In this document: piece by piece, positions 52,501 to 64,000 of the stretch
Layout of the letters: the number at the start of each line of letters is the position of its first letter
Numbering within the stretch: position 1 is the stretch's first letter
NCBI RefSeq assembly: GCF_000485595.1
Contig: NW_014577065.1
Coordinates: forward strand, 433,780-497,779
Reading direction: 5' to 3'
DNA: 64,000 nucleotides
Origin: Priapulus caudatus
Taxonomy: Eukaryota
Translations under genes and position numbers: made by a program
Notes under the pieces: generated by a model
Seen by the model: the letters and a program-made list of their open reading frames with translations, nothing else
The model's database searches: none
Told to the model about the DNA's origin: nothing

Positions 52501-52719
52501 AGGTGTCACTTTCCCCCGGGCGTAGATGGACGGTGCCGTTACGTGGCAGCACTAGTCACTTCGTACGCTTCAAAGTCCAAATCTTCCACAGAAAGATTCC
52601 AGTCATACTTCCGTGCTAGACATGGCCTTATTTCCCTAACCCTAACCCTGACCCTAATCCTAACACTAGTGCTGCCACATCACGTGACCGTCCATCTACG
52701 CCGGGGGAAAGTTAATCCC
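52501..52719. mobile_element. Foldback MITE family B (9-bp TSD, internal TAACCC)
   Basis: Perfect TSD ACCGACGAC (52492-52500, 52720-52728), TIR ACTTTCCCCCGG..CGTAGATGGACGGT...GTGGCAGCACTAGT, internal CCCTAACCCTAACCCTGACCCTAATCCTAAC. Confidence 0.85.
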
Positions 52720-52756
52720 ACCGACGACTGCTACTGATTTCTCTAGCAAAATGGTA

Positions 52757-53230
52757 GCTCTAGAACTATAGCCCTCCGCTCCGCCGGAGGGCTATAGAAC
52801 ATACTATGGAAATTTCCAAGGAGTAAGCGGGCACAATGTATTTCCAAGTGGAAGGGGTGGGCGGGTTGCACGCGGTTGCAAACCGCCATTTTTCATGCGC
52901 AGCGCTAGCGCCGTTTCCAACCGCGTGCAACCTGCCCACCCCTCCACTTGGAAATACATTGTGCCCGCTCACTAGCGAAAATGGCAGTTACAAGTTGTTA
53001 AACAATCTTAGTCGAAAAGTAATATAGCAAGTACAACATTTAAGCGTTAGTTTGCAGTTTAATTTTAGTGTTTGTAGTAACTTAAGACATTTGTGCGAAA
53101 GAGAATGTGCTTTATTTGGTATACCGAAGAAGTTATTAACCGCAAAAAAGTTGTCTTTGCTTACTCCCTGGAAATTGCCATAGTATGTTCTATAGCCCTG
53201 CGGCGGAGAGGAGGGCTATAGTTCTAAAGC
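52757..53230. mobile_element. Foldback element with hairpin-containing TIRs and a long flanking duplication
   Basis: ~70 bp TIRs (GCTCTAGAACTATAGCCCTCC...GGAGTAAGC), flanking direct repeat TAGCAAAATGGTA (52744-52756, 53231-53243), and an internal ~50 bp-arm hairpin at 52827-52949. Confidence 0.75.
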
Positions 53231-55912
53231 TAGCAAAATGGTAGCCCGACCAGGCTGTGCGACGGATTGTCTATACAGCCTGACACCCTTCCATACAAAA
53301 AGCTCGGTTACGAACAGATTACTCGGTTAGAGTTTTTATAACAAGTGAACACTGTTCACGTTCCAAATGTCTGCCCTCTGTGTCCCCCACTAAAATTGCG
53401 GACTGTTCGCTGGCAGCTATGGATTCGTGCGCTGGCCTATGCATTCGGCGCACGGATCCATAGCTGCCAGCGCTGCATACTGTCGTAGGACGTTCCCGCG
53501 GTCGCGTGCGCCTTGCCGCGCGAAAGATCTGCGCTTAGCGCTTTGGATTAACACCTCCTTTCGGCAACGCTTCTCTAGTATCCCGTCTCATCTGGATGAA
53601 TAACTCTGTATATCACAAATAAAACTATTCTATTACCACCTTTGACTTGCCTTGTTTGAAATATCAACGTTAACTCACAGTTGTCCTGAGCACTTCTAAA
53701 CTAGAATGTATCTCTTAATTCATGGTATAATCTGCTAATTCTCACAGCATATCAACTTTCCAACCAGCTTTACCCGTCATGTTTACACTGCGCATGAGTC
53801 AATGGAAGAGAGACACAGAAAACCCGAAACGGAAAAGACTCGCTAGAAAATACTACAGAAATAGTACAATAGCTGCACGATGGCTCTCACACCAAAGCAA
53901 GTGAAACGATGTTCACAAATGTGTGGGCAATTTGTAAAAACCTTAGATGACATATGTTCTCGGATGTAGGGGTGGTTTACATGAGAACCGCAGATCGTTT
54001 AATTTCCCTTGTTCGATCCATTGCGGATTTTAGTCACAGTCTGAATGATAGTAAACATGGTGGCAAATTCATAAATTTTGTTGCATTCGTCTCAAAAAGT
54101 CGCTGTAACCCCGTAAGTACCCAGCGCATCGTAGTACTAGGTTACAAGAAGGTGGATGTATACCGATTCATTTGGTATATCACATGTGAAGTGTTCTTTG
54201 GCGATACTTGGCAAATAAGACAACTACGTGTTTAGCCGAAGCCAATGTTTGAAACGGTATTCTAACCCTAGCAATACCGTTTATTGAAGCTAGCAGGAGC
54301 GTATAATGACAAAGGAGTAAGAGAAGCGATTTGGTACTGATTTCACTACATTTTTGTCGTACGAGTTCGATGTGAATAAAAATACAAATGTATACAAACA
54401 TGAGCTTCTTTTGTTCACTGGTCCTTATTCTATCTTCCGGTAGTATTACAAACCGCGTATAGCTTCCTTCGTTTTGACATAAATCATACTTTTGCACGAC
54501 ATGGTTTTCACGTTATTTACCGTCCGCTGGCGAGGACACTCTAAATTTGCACGCACAGCTCGTCATAGCCATACCACACGCCATACATACCATACCATAC
54601 ACCTGTCGCATAGACATAGTCATACCATGATACCACACGCCTGTCGCATGTTGCACGCCTGTTGGTGTTGCACTGTCATGGGACATAGCAATTAGCACAC
54701 ATCCCGCATGTCACAATCACAATGTCGATGACACATACCAGTGATTACCACATACCACACGCATGTGTAGTACTACTGTATGCCTTTGCGGTCAGTCAGC
54801 AATTCATTCATTGCATTATTGATAAGATCTGAATTGACAAAAGACAAATCAATAAGAATATCAACTACAATCTAGTAGTAACATAAAATGATAAACATTA
54901 CAAAATTTTACACAAACCTTCAAGTGTACACAACCTATCGTAACACAAAGACGAGCTGTCATTGGTCGGGTTCGCACACGTCAGATATTTCGCACGACAC
55001 CGTCTGTCTAGTGGCGCCGCCTCGTGTTAATTATTTATATCTGCTAGAAGTGTCTGCAGAAGTGACAACTCTGGTGACAATCTGCTAGAATGGTGTTTTG
55101 CTCTGATATCAGTGAGAACTTTAAATTATAATTATGAAAGTTCTATTCGGAACGATTTTTAGGAAAACTGAATTACATTTAAGAACTATATCTTAGAATT
55201 ATATTAAATTTAATAAAAACAGATAAAGCCAGGTTTTTATGATTTTATTCATTTATATTCAATGAAATATAATAGTAAGTTTTTCTTAGTCTCAGGTCAG
55301 TGACTCCGAGAGAGCCATTCCAATGTTTTATTCCCATCATAAAACTACAGGGGAATGTACTCTCTATCTATCATTCAAATGTATATACGCGCAGTAGGGC
55401 GTATAGGACCCACTGGGTGTCTGCCGTGTAAGCGCCAACAGCTTTTAGTAATTTAACCATTTTAGTAATCATTAGGTGTTTATAGCAGTGTTAATTAAAT
55501 TACTAGGTTACATAGTGGGAGACCTCTCATTCGAAGCATCGTCGAAATAACATAACTTTTTGTTAAAACTAAAAGTATAGATTAAAAATAGAGATTAAAT
55601 ATTCCTCGTAGTAGCTTGACGTGAAAAATGAACCCGGACGCTTCTGTTTTTAATAATAGGGATCCAAACTGTCGTAATACTTTTTAAATTTAAATTGGTC
55701 ACTAGGTCGCATTAGGTGTCCTACATCACATACACAGGCAGGAGTAACATAGTGGGCGATCGCGTATGCGCAGTATCTCACGAAATAAAAAAACTTTTTT
55801 TAAAATTATAAGTTTAAAATAGAGATTGAATATTCTTCGCAGTGGCTTGACGCGAAAAATGAATCCAGCTGCCTCTCTTTAATCATTATAGGGGCCCTGA
55901 TTGATGTAACAC

Positions 55913-56042
55913 CATAGATATCATATAACACATATGATATCTATGTGTAACACTCATTAAATTTAAATCCGTCAGTAGATGGCGGTGGGTGTCCTATATC
56001 ACCAGAGCATATAAATCACACGGTGATTTATATAATGCTCTG
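55913..56042. mobile_element. Two ultra-short palindromic insertions (33 bp and 40 bp)
   Basis: CATAGA..TCTATG at 55913-55945 with TSD TGTAACAC, and CAGAG..CTCTG at 56003-56042 with TSD ATATCAC. Confidence 0.75.
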
Positions 56043-56434
56043 ATATCACATACATAGTTGCATATCCAGCCTTTATAACAAATACAGTATTTTGATCAAA
56101 TATTGTTTATAATTCAGAGAATATACTCAGATGCTATACGATTAAATGAGCGACACATTTTTCTTGCTTCTGCTCGACATTTATATGCTGTAACCGATCT
56201 AACCGTATCGTGTGTACGTTCGCTCGGAAATAGTGCTACACCGTAAGTTTTTTATGCATTTATGTTTATCAATAATACATATAAATTCACATACAGTTAA
56301 TAATGCGGAGAAAATTACTACACAGGTAGAGCGTAGATCCGCGCTTAAATAATTACTTATCGTTACTTGTTTTTACCGTGTAGAAAGTAATGTGTATGTA
56401 GATCTACAGTGGTCGTGATGCATCCATGTAACTC

Positions 56435-57765
56435 TGCGTGCGTCCCTTCCGTTTGTGTGCGTGCGTGCGTGCGTCCCTTCCGTTTGTGTGCGCGCGTGCG
56501 TGTCCATTCCGTTTGTGTGCCTGCGTGCGTGTTCATTCCGTTTGCGTGCGTGCGTACGTCCGTTTCGTTTGTGTGTGTGCGTGCGTACGTCCTTTCCGTT
56601 TGTGTCCGCGCGCGCGTACGTTCCTTCCGTTTGTGTGCGTGCGTGCGTAAGTCCATTCCGTTTGTGTGCGTGCGTGCGTAAGTCCATTCCGTTTGTGTGC
56701 GTGCGTGCGTAAGTCCATTCCGTTTGTGTGCGTGCGTGCGTAAGTCCATTCCGTTTGTCACGGTGCGTGCGTGCGTACGTCCATTCTGTTTGTGTGCGTG
56801 CGTGCGTAAGTCCATTCCGTTTGTCACGGTGCGTGCGTGCGTACGTCCATTCTGTTTGTGTGCGTGCGTGCGTAAGTCCATTCCGTTTGTCACGGTGCGT
56901 GCGTGCGTACGTCCATTCTGTTTGTNNNNNNNNNNNNNNNNNNNNNNNNNNNNNNNNNNNNNNNNNNNNNNNNNNNNNNNNNNNNNNNNNNNNNNNNNNN
57001 NNNNNNNNNNNNNNNNNNNNNNNNNNNNNNNNNNNNNNNNNNNNNNNNNNNNNNNNNNNNNNNNNNNNNNNNNNNNNNNNNNNNNNNNNNNNNNNNNNNN
57101 NNNNNNNNNNNNNNNNNNNNNNNNNNNNNNNNNNNNNNNNNNNNNNNNNNNNNNNNNNNNNNNNNNNNNNNNNNNNNNNNNNNNNNNNNNNNNNNNNNNN
57201 NNNNNNNNNNNNNNNNNNNNNNNNNNNNNNNNNNNNNNNNNNNNNNNNNNNNNNNNNNNNNNNNNNNNNNNNNNNNNNNNNNNNNNNNNNNNNNNNNNNN
57301 NNNNNNNNNNNNNNNNNNNNNNNNNNNNNNNNNNNNNNNNNNNNNNNNNNNNNNNNNNNNNNNNNNNNNNNNNNNNNNNNNNNNNNNNNNNNNNNNNNNN
57401 NNNNNNNNNNNNNNNNNNNNNNNNNNNNNNNNNNNNNNNNNNNNNNNNNNNNNNNNNNNNNNNNNNCGTACGTCCCTTTCGTTTGTGTGCGTGCGTGCGT
57501 GCGTCCCTTCCGTTTGTGTGCGTGCGTACGTCCCTTCCGTTTGTGTGCGTGCGTGCGTGCGTCCCTTCCGTTTATGTGCGCGCGTACGTCCCTTTCGTTT
57601 GTGTGCGTGCGTGCGTGCGTCCCTTTCGTTTATGTGCGCGCGTACATCCCTTCCGTTTGTGTGCGTGCATACGTCCGTTCCGTTTGTGCGCGTGCGTACG
57701 AAACTTCCGTTTGTGTGAGTACGTACGCGCACGAGCGCGCGCGCGTGCGTGCGTGCGTGCGTGTG
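56435..57765. repeat. GC-rich minisatellite (~24-31 bp, CCGTTTGTGTGCGTGCGTGCGT-based) spanning a gap
   Basis: Many tandem variants of TCCATTCCGTTTGTGTGCGTGCGTGCGTAAG on both sides of the N-run at 56926-57466. Confidence 0.9.
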
Positions 57766-59772
57766 TTATGTGGCGCTAGTTGTGAGCCGTCTTCCTAATT
57801 TCCGCTTTTTTATCCGATATTCGTCAGAATTTATCATACTTCTCCTAAAGTGTTTATGCATGGCTCTGTGTTGATATCGTGTGAAGTTGATATATATGTC
57901 CTACTAACTTATATCATAATGATGTCCGCATATGCTAATTAATATCCGCATCCCTATTTTGTAACCTTCGATCGTAATTGTAACAAAACCCTATCCTAAT
58001 TAACCTAATATATTATTACAACGGTACGAAAATTCTTCACTATTTGTTAACGTATTTCCCTGTTAACGTATTTATACCAACTTTCATAGCATGTTACTGT
58101 GACCAGAAGTATAGTGATATATCATTCTCTCTGCAGCAAAATGTTATGCTTATGATAATTGCGATTTGATTCCGAGTAGAATGTTATGGTTATGTAACAA
58201 ATAAGTAATGATATTTGTCAAGGAAATATGTTATATCTTACGTGATATTTTTAGGCAATGTGATATCTGCATTGGCTTCTCTAAACATTTTCCTAATTTT
58301 ACAAAAATTTGTGTTACTTCTGGATTTATATATCTTCATATTTTTGTACAAGAACGTTAAGATATTTGTACCAGAATGTTATAATAATTTTGATGGAATA
58401 TTGTACTATTTGTAGTACGTAGAATGTTATTGTAATCGTCTCCCTATCTTGGCTATTTGCTCCCTCTTTTATCATATCAGGTTGAATGTATTTGTACGTG
58501 GTCCTGGTTGTTTACGCGTACATTCTGTTGTTGCCAGAGCCGTATATATAGATCACTATATACACGGCTCTGACTTATCTGTATCATAGATATATACAAA
58601 CATTTTTGAGTTTTTATATATCTATGGCTGTATATTCACAAGTATATGTATAAATATTAAATATGTACAAGATATATATTACGAATCCATAATTTTCTAT
58701 TATGGACTCTTGACATACATTCATTTTTATTTATTTATATAATAGCATTATTATGTATGGTGATAATAACTTGTAGATAATATTTATATTTCTCTAAATG
58801 GCCACGAGAAACAACAGCGTTTACAGAATTAAAAATTCCATCCCTGTAAGGAGTTATGGGCAATTTTGTTAGCAGAATTTTGATCCGTTTTGGGAGATCC
58901 TTAAATATTACAATATATAGGAGCAAAGCGGCACATTTGGCGGGTATTTTACTGTATCTTTGCGACTTAATTAATTTTGTCACATCTACATCTCTCAGTC
59001 AATTACCTTGATACTTCACATGAGGTAAGTTCCCCATAGGTAATTGATAACCGTGAGTTGACCTCTCAATGACCCTATATCATTTGTTAGCTATATTTAG
59101 TCTTAGAAGAATTCTACCATAATTGTGCTGTTATTTTCAGTTTGTTTGTTATTGATGCTATGGAAACGGATCAGAAAGTTTAACTTCGTTACTGCCTGTG
59201 GAGCAGTACGTCATGGATTTGCATTATATTGCCGTTAAATCATAAACACAAATTATAATTATGCATATGATGGTTCAACTAAATAAATAATGTAATATAC
59301 GACTAGCATGGTCAGCTCTGGGCCCTGCATGGTACCTATATAAAATGGAAAGAAATCACAATAATATGTGTATTTCGAGTGCTCTAGATGGGCTTTTCAA
59401 CTGCAGTATATAAACCGTATATTGTCATTCACAACAGCGTATAGCTGACTCAAAAACAAAATCAAATAATTGTTATTTATACATAAAAATACCAGTTAAT
59501 TTATTATCAATAATGTACATGTACCCAAAAACCTTATCAGTTATCATAAAAAAGTGCATTGCCGAATAAAATATTAAATATACGTTTATAAAAATGTGAA
59601 AATCACAATTGTAGTGTGACAATGATTTTGTTACTTGTTATCATACATACTTTATCAAAATTGTAAGAAAACATAATTTCAAACACACATGCAAAACAAG
59701 CATGTTGACCCACTCGTACAAGCAAAAATGTATAAAAAAATAAATTTAAAAGGGAATAGTGACATGTATATA

Positions 59773-59774
<2 letters not shown>

Positions 59775-59835
<61 letters not shown>

Positions 59836-59870
59836 CGTGCGTGTCTGCGTGTGTATGTTTGTCTGTGTGT
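59775..59870. repeat. (GT)n microsatellite
   Basis: About 25 uninterrupted GT units followed by degenerate GT/GC. Confidence 0.9.
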
Positions 59871-60279
59871 GTCTCTGTGCAGGCGAGTGGTGTGTGTGAG
59901 AATGAGAGAGAGGTAGTAGACAGAGATTACATATAGCAACTAGCTGCCTATGCAGACATGTACCTCTGCTCTCCCACTTCGCCCATGAGACGGCAGATAT
60001 GGATGGATTCTGATATTGAAAAGCATCACATCATAATCATTCATTCATTGTAATTTACGATTTTTGGCAAACTGGAAAAACTGTACACATACATAAATGT
60101 GGGGCATTCCACTGTTCACAACTAAAGGTACTCCCTCCGTTAGCATTATTAATGTGGATAGTAGGACATTACAGAAATTAGGTACCCCCACTAATTGTAA
60201 ATAAGATTGCTATATTATAATGTAGTGTTTGTGTTTGTGTTTTTCAGTGCAGTGTAGCTAGGTGTTTAGCTACGATTAG

Positions 60280-60570
60280 GTGTGGTTGTGTATGTGTAGA
60301 TGTATGTGTAGTGTAGTGTAGTGTAGTGTAGTGTAGTGTAGTGTAGTGTAGTGTAGTGCAGTGCAGTGCAGTGTAGTGTAGTGTGCTGTAGTGTAGTGTT
60401 GTGAGGTTATTGTAGTGCAGTGCAGTGCAGTGCAGTGTATTGTAGTAATGTGTTGCATGGTGGTGTGTGGTGGTGTGTGGTGGTGTGTGGTGTGGTGTGG
60501 TGTGGTGTGGTGTGGTGTGGTGTGGTGTGCATGGTGTGGTGTGGTGTGAAGTTGAGTGCTGTTGTGTTGT
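60280..60570. repeat. Pentanucleotide microsatellite (GTGTA/GTGCA/GTGTG)n
   Basis: Direct tandem pentamer runs. Confidence 0.9.
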
Positions 60571-61557
60571 GTCATCTCATGTAAGGTACATGTAATCAGG
60601 CATTTAATTTGCCCCAAGCAATTACTTTGTCTATATACTCAGGATGACAGGTATAGAAGTAGATTAGTATCTGTGCAACAAGAGCTGCTGACACTATGTA
60701 GATGCCATTCTGTGTCTTTCTCTTCTCCACTGTTCCTTTATAATGTGCTATTATCCTGGTAAACATAAATAAATAGCACATGTAAATAACATAACTCATA
60801 TTTGCTGCGCAGTAGTGTCACTGTTCTCGTCTCCCTAGCCATAGCTAAATCAGCACGAGTTAGTAAAATCAGTGTGATCGGGAGTGAATAAAAACAAACG
60901 TGTTTTTATTCATTCTTGAAATGATGTGTTTTTGATATCATTATCAAAATCATGAACATACCTGTGTCTATAGACACGCATATTAATGTAACTAATCTTA
61001 GCAATGCATATAACTGTATACCATACACTTACAGAATGTATGTGGTCAGAAGTAACAATCCCACTATTCCTGCAAGGCCTCCGTACAGTGTTACTGTCCT
61101 GTAGCTGTAACAGATGTAATAAAGACAGTCGGCAATGTATAAGAGCTAGTAATGTAATGGGCTGGAATCTCACAATCGATTATCGGTTATACCCATCTGA
61201 TCACCAATCAATAATAAACAGATAACTGGTTAATCAGCAGAGTGCACGCATAACCTCATTTTATCTGAACTTAAACTAAGAGACCTAGTCTGTTTCTACA
61301 GTATTGTTTTATAGGGGTATTAATATACCTTCGATTAAGATACCCACAAAATTCTCTTAAAAATGGCTGGAAGACTAATATTATATATGCAGATAATATA
61401 ATATATATGTCGCGTGCCATAGATTGAGCAATGACAAAAAATTACAGTGGAAGTGACAGTAACCAACGCATCTTTTCTGCACACAGAAAGTGAAAGACTA
61501 CGGAAGGTACGTTCACAGACTAAGGACAGAGGATGACGACTTGCCAGTTGCCACTAT

Positions 61558-63420
61558 CTACATCCTGATAGAAGCCGACATGTATTGAAAAAGTGAGAAT
61601 TTATTGGTAGACATCTCATACCAGTCATTGTCATCATATGGCTCTGTGGTCAGCCCATAGGACTGGTGAGCAGTTGCAGATTTTAAGTCCTTGGTATCGT
61701 CACATAAAGTCTCTTTCTTCTCACCACCTTCTTCTTCACTAAACTGCCTGGAATCACGCCAGTCACCATGTCTGTGATTCTCTTGACTAGATGACTCATG
61801 ATTGGTCACTTCTTGGATTAAAACAACATCTTCGACAGTCCATAAATCTGTAATCATCGAAGACTCTTTGTCCTCCCAAAGAAGCAGTGTGTGGCTGTAT
61901 ACAAAGGCACTTTCCTCGCCAGCTTGGTGTATGTTGACTGTCCATACACCTGGATTGAGTATTCCACAGGATAATTTATGCTGGATCCACCAATAGTTAC
62001 TTGTCCCAACAGCCGTACTGTCTAAAGTGACCATTATCGCTGAATTGCACTTAACCTCACCAGATGGCGCAACAAGTGAGGCTATCAGCTGAAGGTCACC
62101 GGCTGATTTCAAATTAATTTTCAGCTTGGGAAATGATGCATAGGCGAGGGATTCATTCACATCGACATTCTTTTCTGAAAATCCAGACAAATGAAAATTG
62201 TTGTTTAACAAACGCAATGACCCTTAGCTCCCATCTGATGCAGTAGCACATTTTGTGTAACATACTAGCACAAAATACTTGCATGCACAGCAAACATTTT
62301 TCTACACACATCACATCACATCAGACATGTAATTCAATTAAAATAAATGCAGTCTTGTCTGTTACAGAGAGCATGAATATGCGAGACATTTGAGATACTC
62401 TAAAGGGGATGCATCTTAGGATAACGTAATGCATAGCAACTGTATTTAATCATGCTTACGCTGACATGTTGCATCAGATAGACCAACATCAAGCAACATA
62501 TCAAGCCATAAGGTGTCGCCCCCTGCCGGCTCTCCAGGAAGCATTCGCAGCCGTGGGAATTCATCAACAAGTTTTGCATTGTCTGGCTGCGTAGTGATGT
62601 GTGTGGCACGTAGGTGTCCCCATGGGTAACATTGTGCAGCCGGCTTTGGGTGAACAGACACTCGTGCTGGCTTGACAGTTCTTTCGCCCTTATTCTCTAT
62701 CTGGGATCAGAGATATAATAATTTAATTTAATTAATTTCAACCACTTACCAATCTTTGTATCTATATGCTACCTGCTGGGTGTTGACACCCAGACCATCT
62801 GCCTATCTGTACATCCATCCTTCCAATTCTCATGTTCACCTCTAACAATTTTTTCCACAATTAGTCTCACTGGTTTTACCTCACTATTTTTCATCACGCT
62901 CTTATAGATAGTCTCCTCTAAAGTCGTCACAAAATTAAGGTGCAAAGGTTCAGAATTGTTCTTGTGCAGTAAAACAGCTGCAACATGAATGTGTCAGATA
63001 CAACTCGAAATCTTCACACGTTTTGCTTCTTATGACCATAAAAACTGTTTTAAGATGCCCTCATTCATGTGCTCGGTGAAGTGGGCCAAACAAAACATTG
63101 AAAGCCAGTTGACCTACACATGCTGCATCAATTGCAAACTTAAAAGATTGTATTGATCATACAATAGAAGAATACAGGGGTTTGCAACTGCTGGCCATTA
63201 GGACAGTGATCATCTATAAAAGTTTCTCACCACAGTGAATTCAATCCAGTATCTATAGTCCATTAGCTTAATCATTTTTTTCCTTTCAAAGTCGAAGCCC
63301 TTGCAACAAACATCGTTTTGCTCCATTGCTGGCAGAAATTTCCAGTTGGTTATTTCCACTAAGCTGTAGGAAGTTCCAGACCTCTGTGACAGAATGTGAG
63401 CACTGAACACAGCCAGTTGC
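61558..63420 (-). pseudogene. Divergent xylosyltransferase-like C-terminal region; partial, possibly disrupted
   Basis: Exon-like segments CYPWGHLRATHI (~62630) and LIASLVAPSG...GILNPGVWTVNIH...DLWTVEDV (62217-61558) resemble XYLT C-terminal motifs recalled from memory (YYPMGHP.., LRPGVWTVKI). An in-frame TAA lies just upstream of 62217, and the exon chain is not fully resolved. Confidence 0.35.
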
Positions 63421-63587
63421 CTAAAAAAAGAACATCCATAAAACATATATAACAGATATTTGTTCCTGCATAAATTCACAATTAGAAGCAATCTTCAGAT
63501 AAGTGTAATTAGAAAGTGTCTGTATAGTATTTCATGAGAAAGGATCAGCTCACTGTTATAAAGAATTCCCACAGCACAATATAAGAA

Positions 63588-63890
63588 CAGGGTGTGAAAT
63601 TAACGAGAGTTCGGAGTCAAATACTCCCTGATTTACTGTCGCAAACCCCGATTTTGACGTATGCAGGAGTCCGTGTGACTCCCTGAAAATTCTGCCATAC
63701 TAACTAGTTCGTTCCAGAGCTCGGCCTCGCGAATTACTGTATTTTTTCAGCTAATGTACAAAGAAAATTTGGCAGATGTGCAACCGCATGAATCTTAAAA
63801 ATAAGCACATGCGCTACTGTTAATATCTTTAATTTTGAACCTCAGACTGCTGACTCCCTCATTTTGCTGCGGACTCCCTCTTTTTGATCC
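63588..63890. mobile_element. MITE copy homologous to 43655-43976 (inverted, truncated)
   Basis: Starts CAGGGTGTGAAATTAAC; the interior matches the reverse complement of 43700-43976. Confidence 0.8.
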
Positions 63891-64000
63891 CCCTTCGAGC
63901 TTATTTTCATACATATATTCAAAATTATTTAGCAAGCCAATTAAATCTCATGTACCTTATCACACTGTTTGTAACACCTTTTTCTAGGCGTTTAGTGAGA

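Noticed and set aside
53774..53780. Minus-strand AAAC-ATG-ACG-G|GTAAAG as the first exon of another gene
   Set aside because: No downstream coding exon could be linked; at most a hint of a TSS region.
56363..57798. Long ORFs rich in CVRA / THAR
   Set aside because: These are minisatellite translations running through an N gap.

Overview
This is animal genomic DNA: AT-rich, with spliceosomal GT-AG introns, TTAGGG-type repeats and three N gaps. It is probably a marine invertebrate or lophotrochozoan, which is an inference. Gene order: V-ATPase subunit C (+, 12 coding exons), DNAAF1/LRRC50 (-) head-to-head with RFC1 (+), PDCD2L (-) convergent with RFC1, and a partial, possibly disrupted xylosyltransferase-like gene (-) at the right edge. 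RFC1 intron 1 holds a degenerate antisense BEL/Pao LTR retrotransposon. The most striking feature is the first coding intron of PDCD2L: it contains two complete, intronless, same-strand genes in tandem, FIS1 then ATG10, with plausible splice acceptors in front of each and no AATAAA/ATTAAA between them. This suggests one promoter producing three unrelated conserved proteins by alternative splicing or a dicistronic mRNA. The window is also rich in non-autonomous DNA transposons, including at least two foldback/MITE families with 9-bp TSDs that carry internal telomeric (TAACCC)n, ultra-short 33-42 bp P-like palindromes, and Helentron-type elements. Exon boundaries were read by eye; '~' marks approximate ones.
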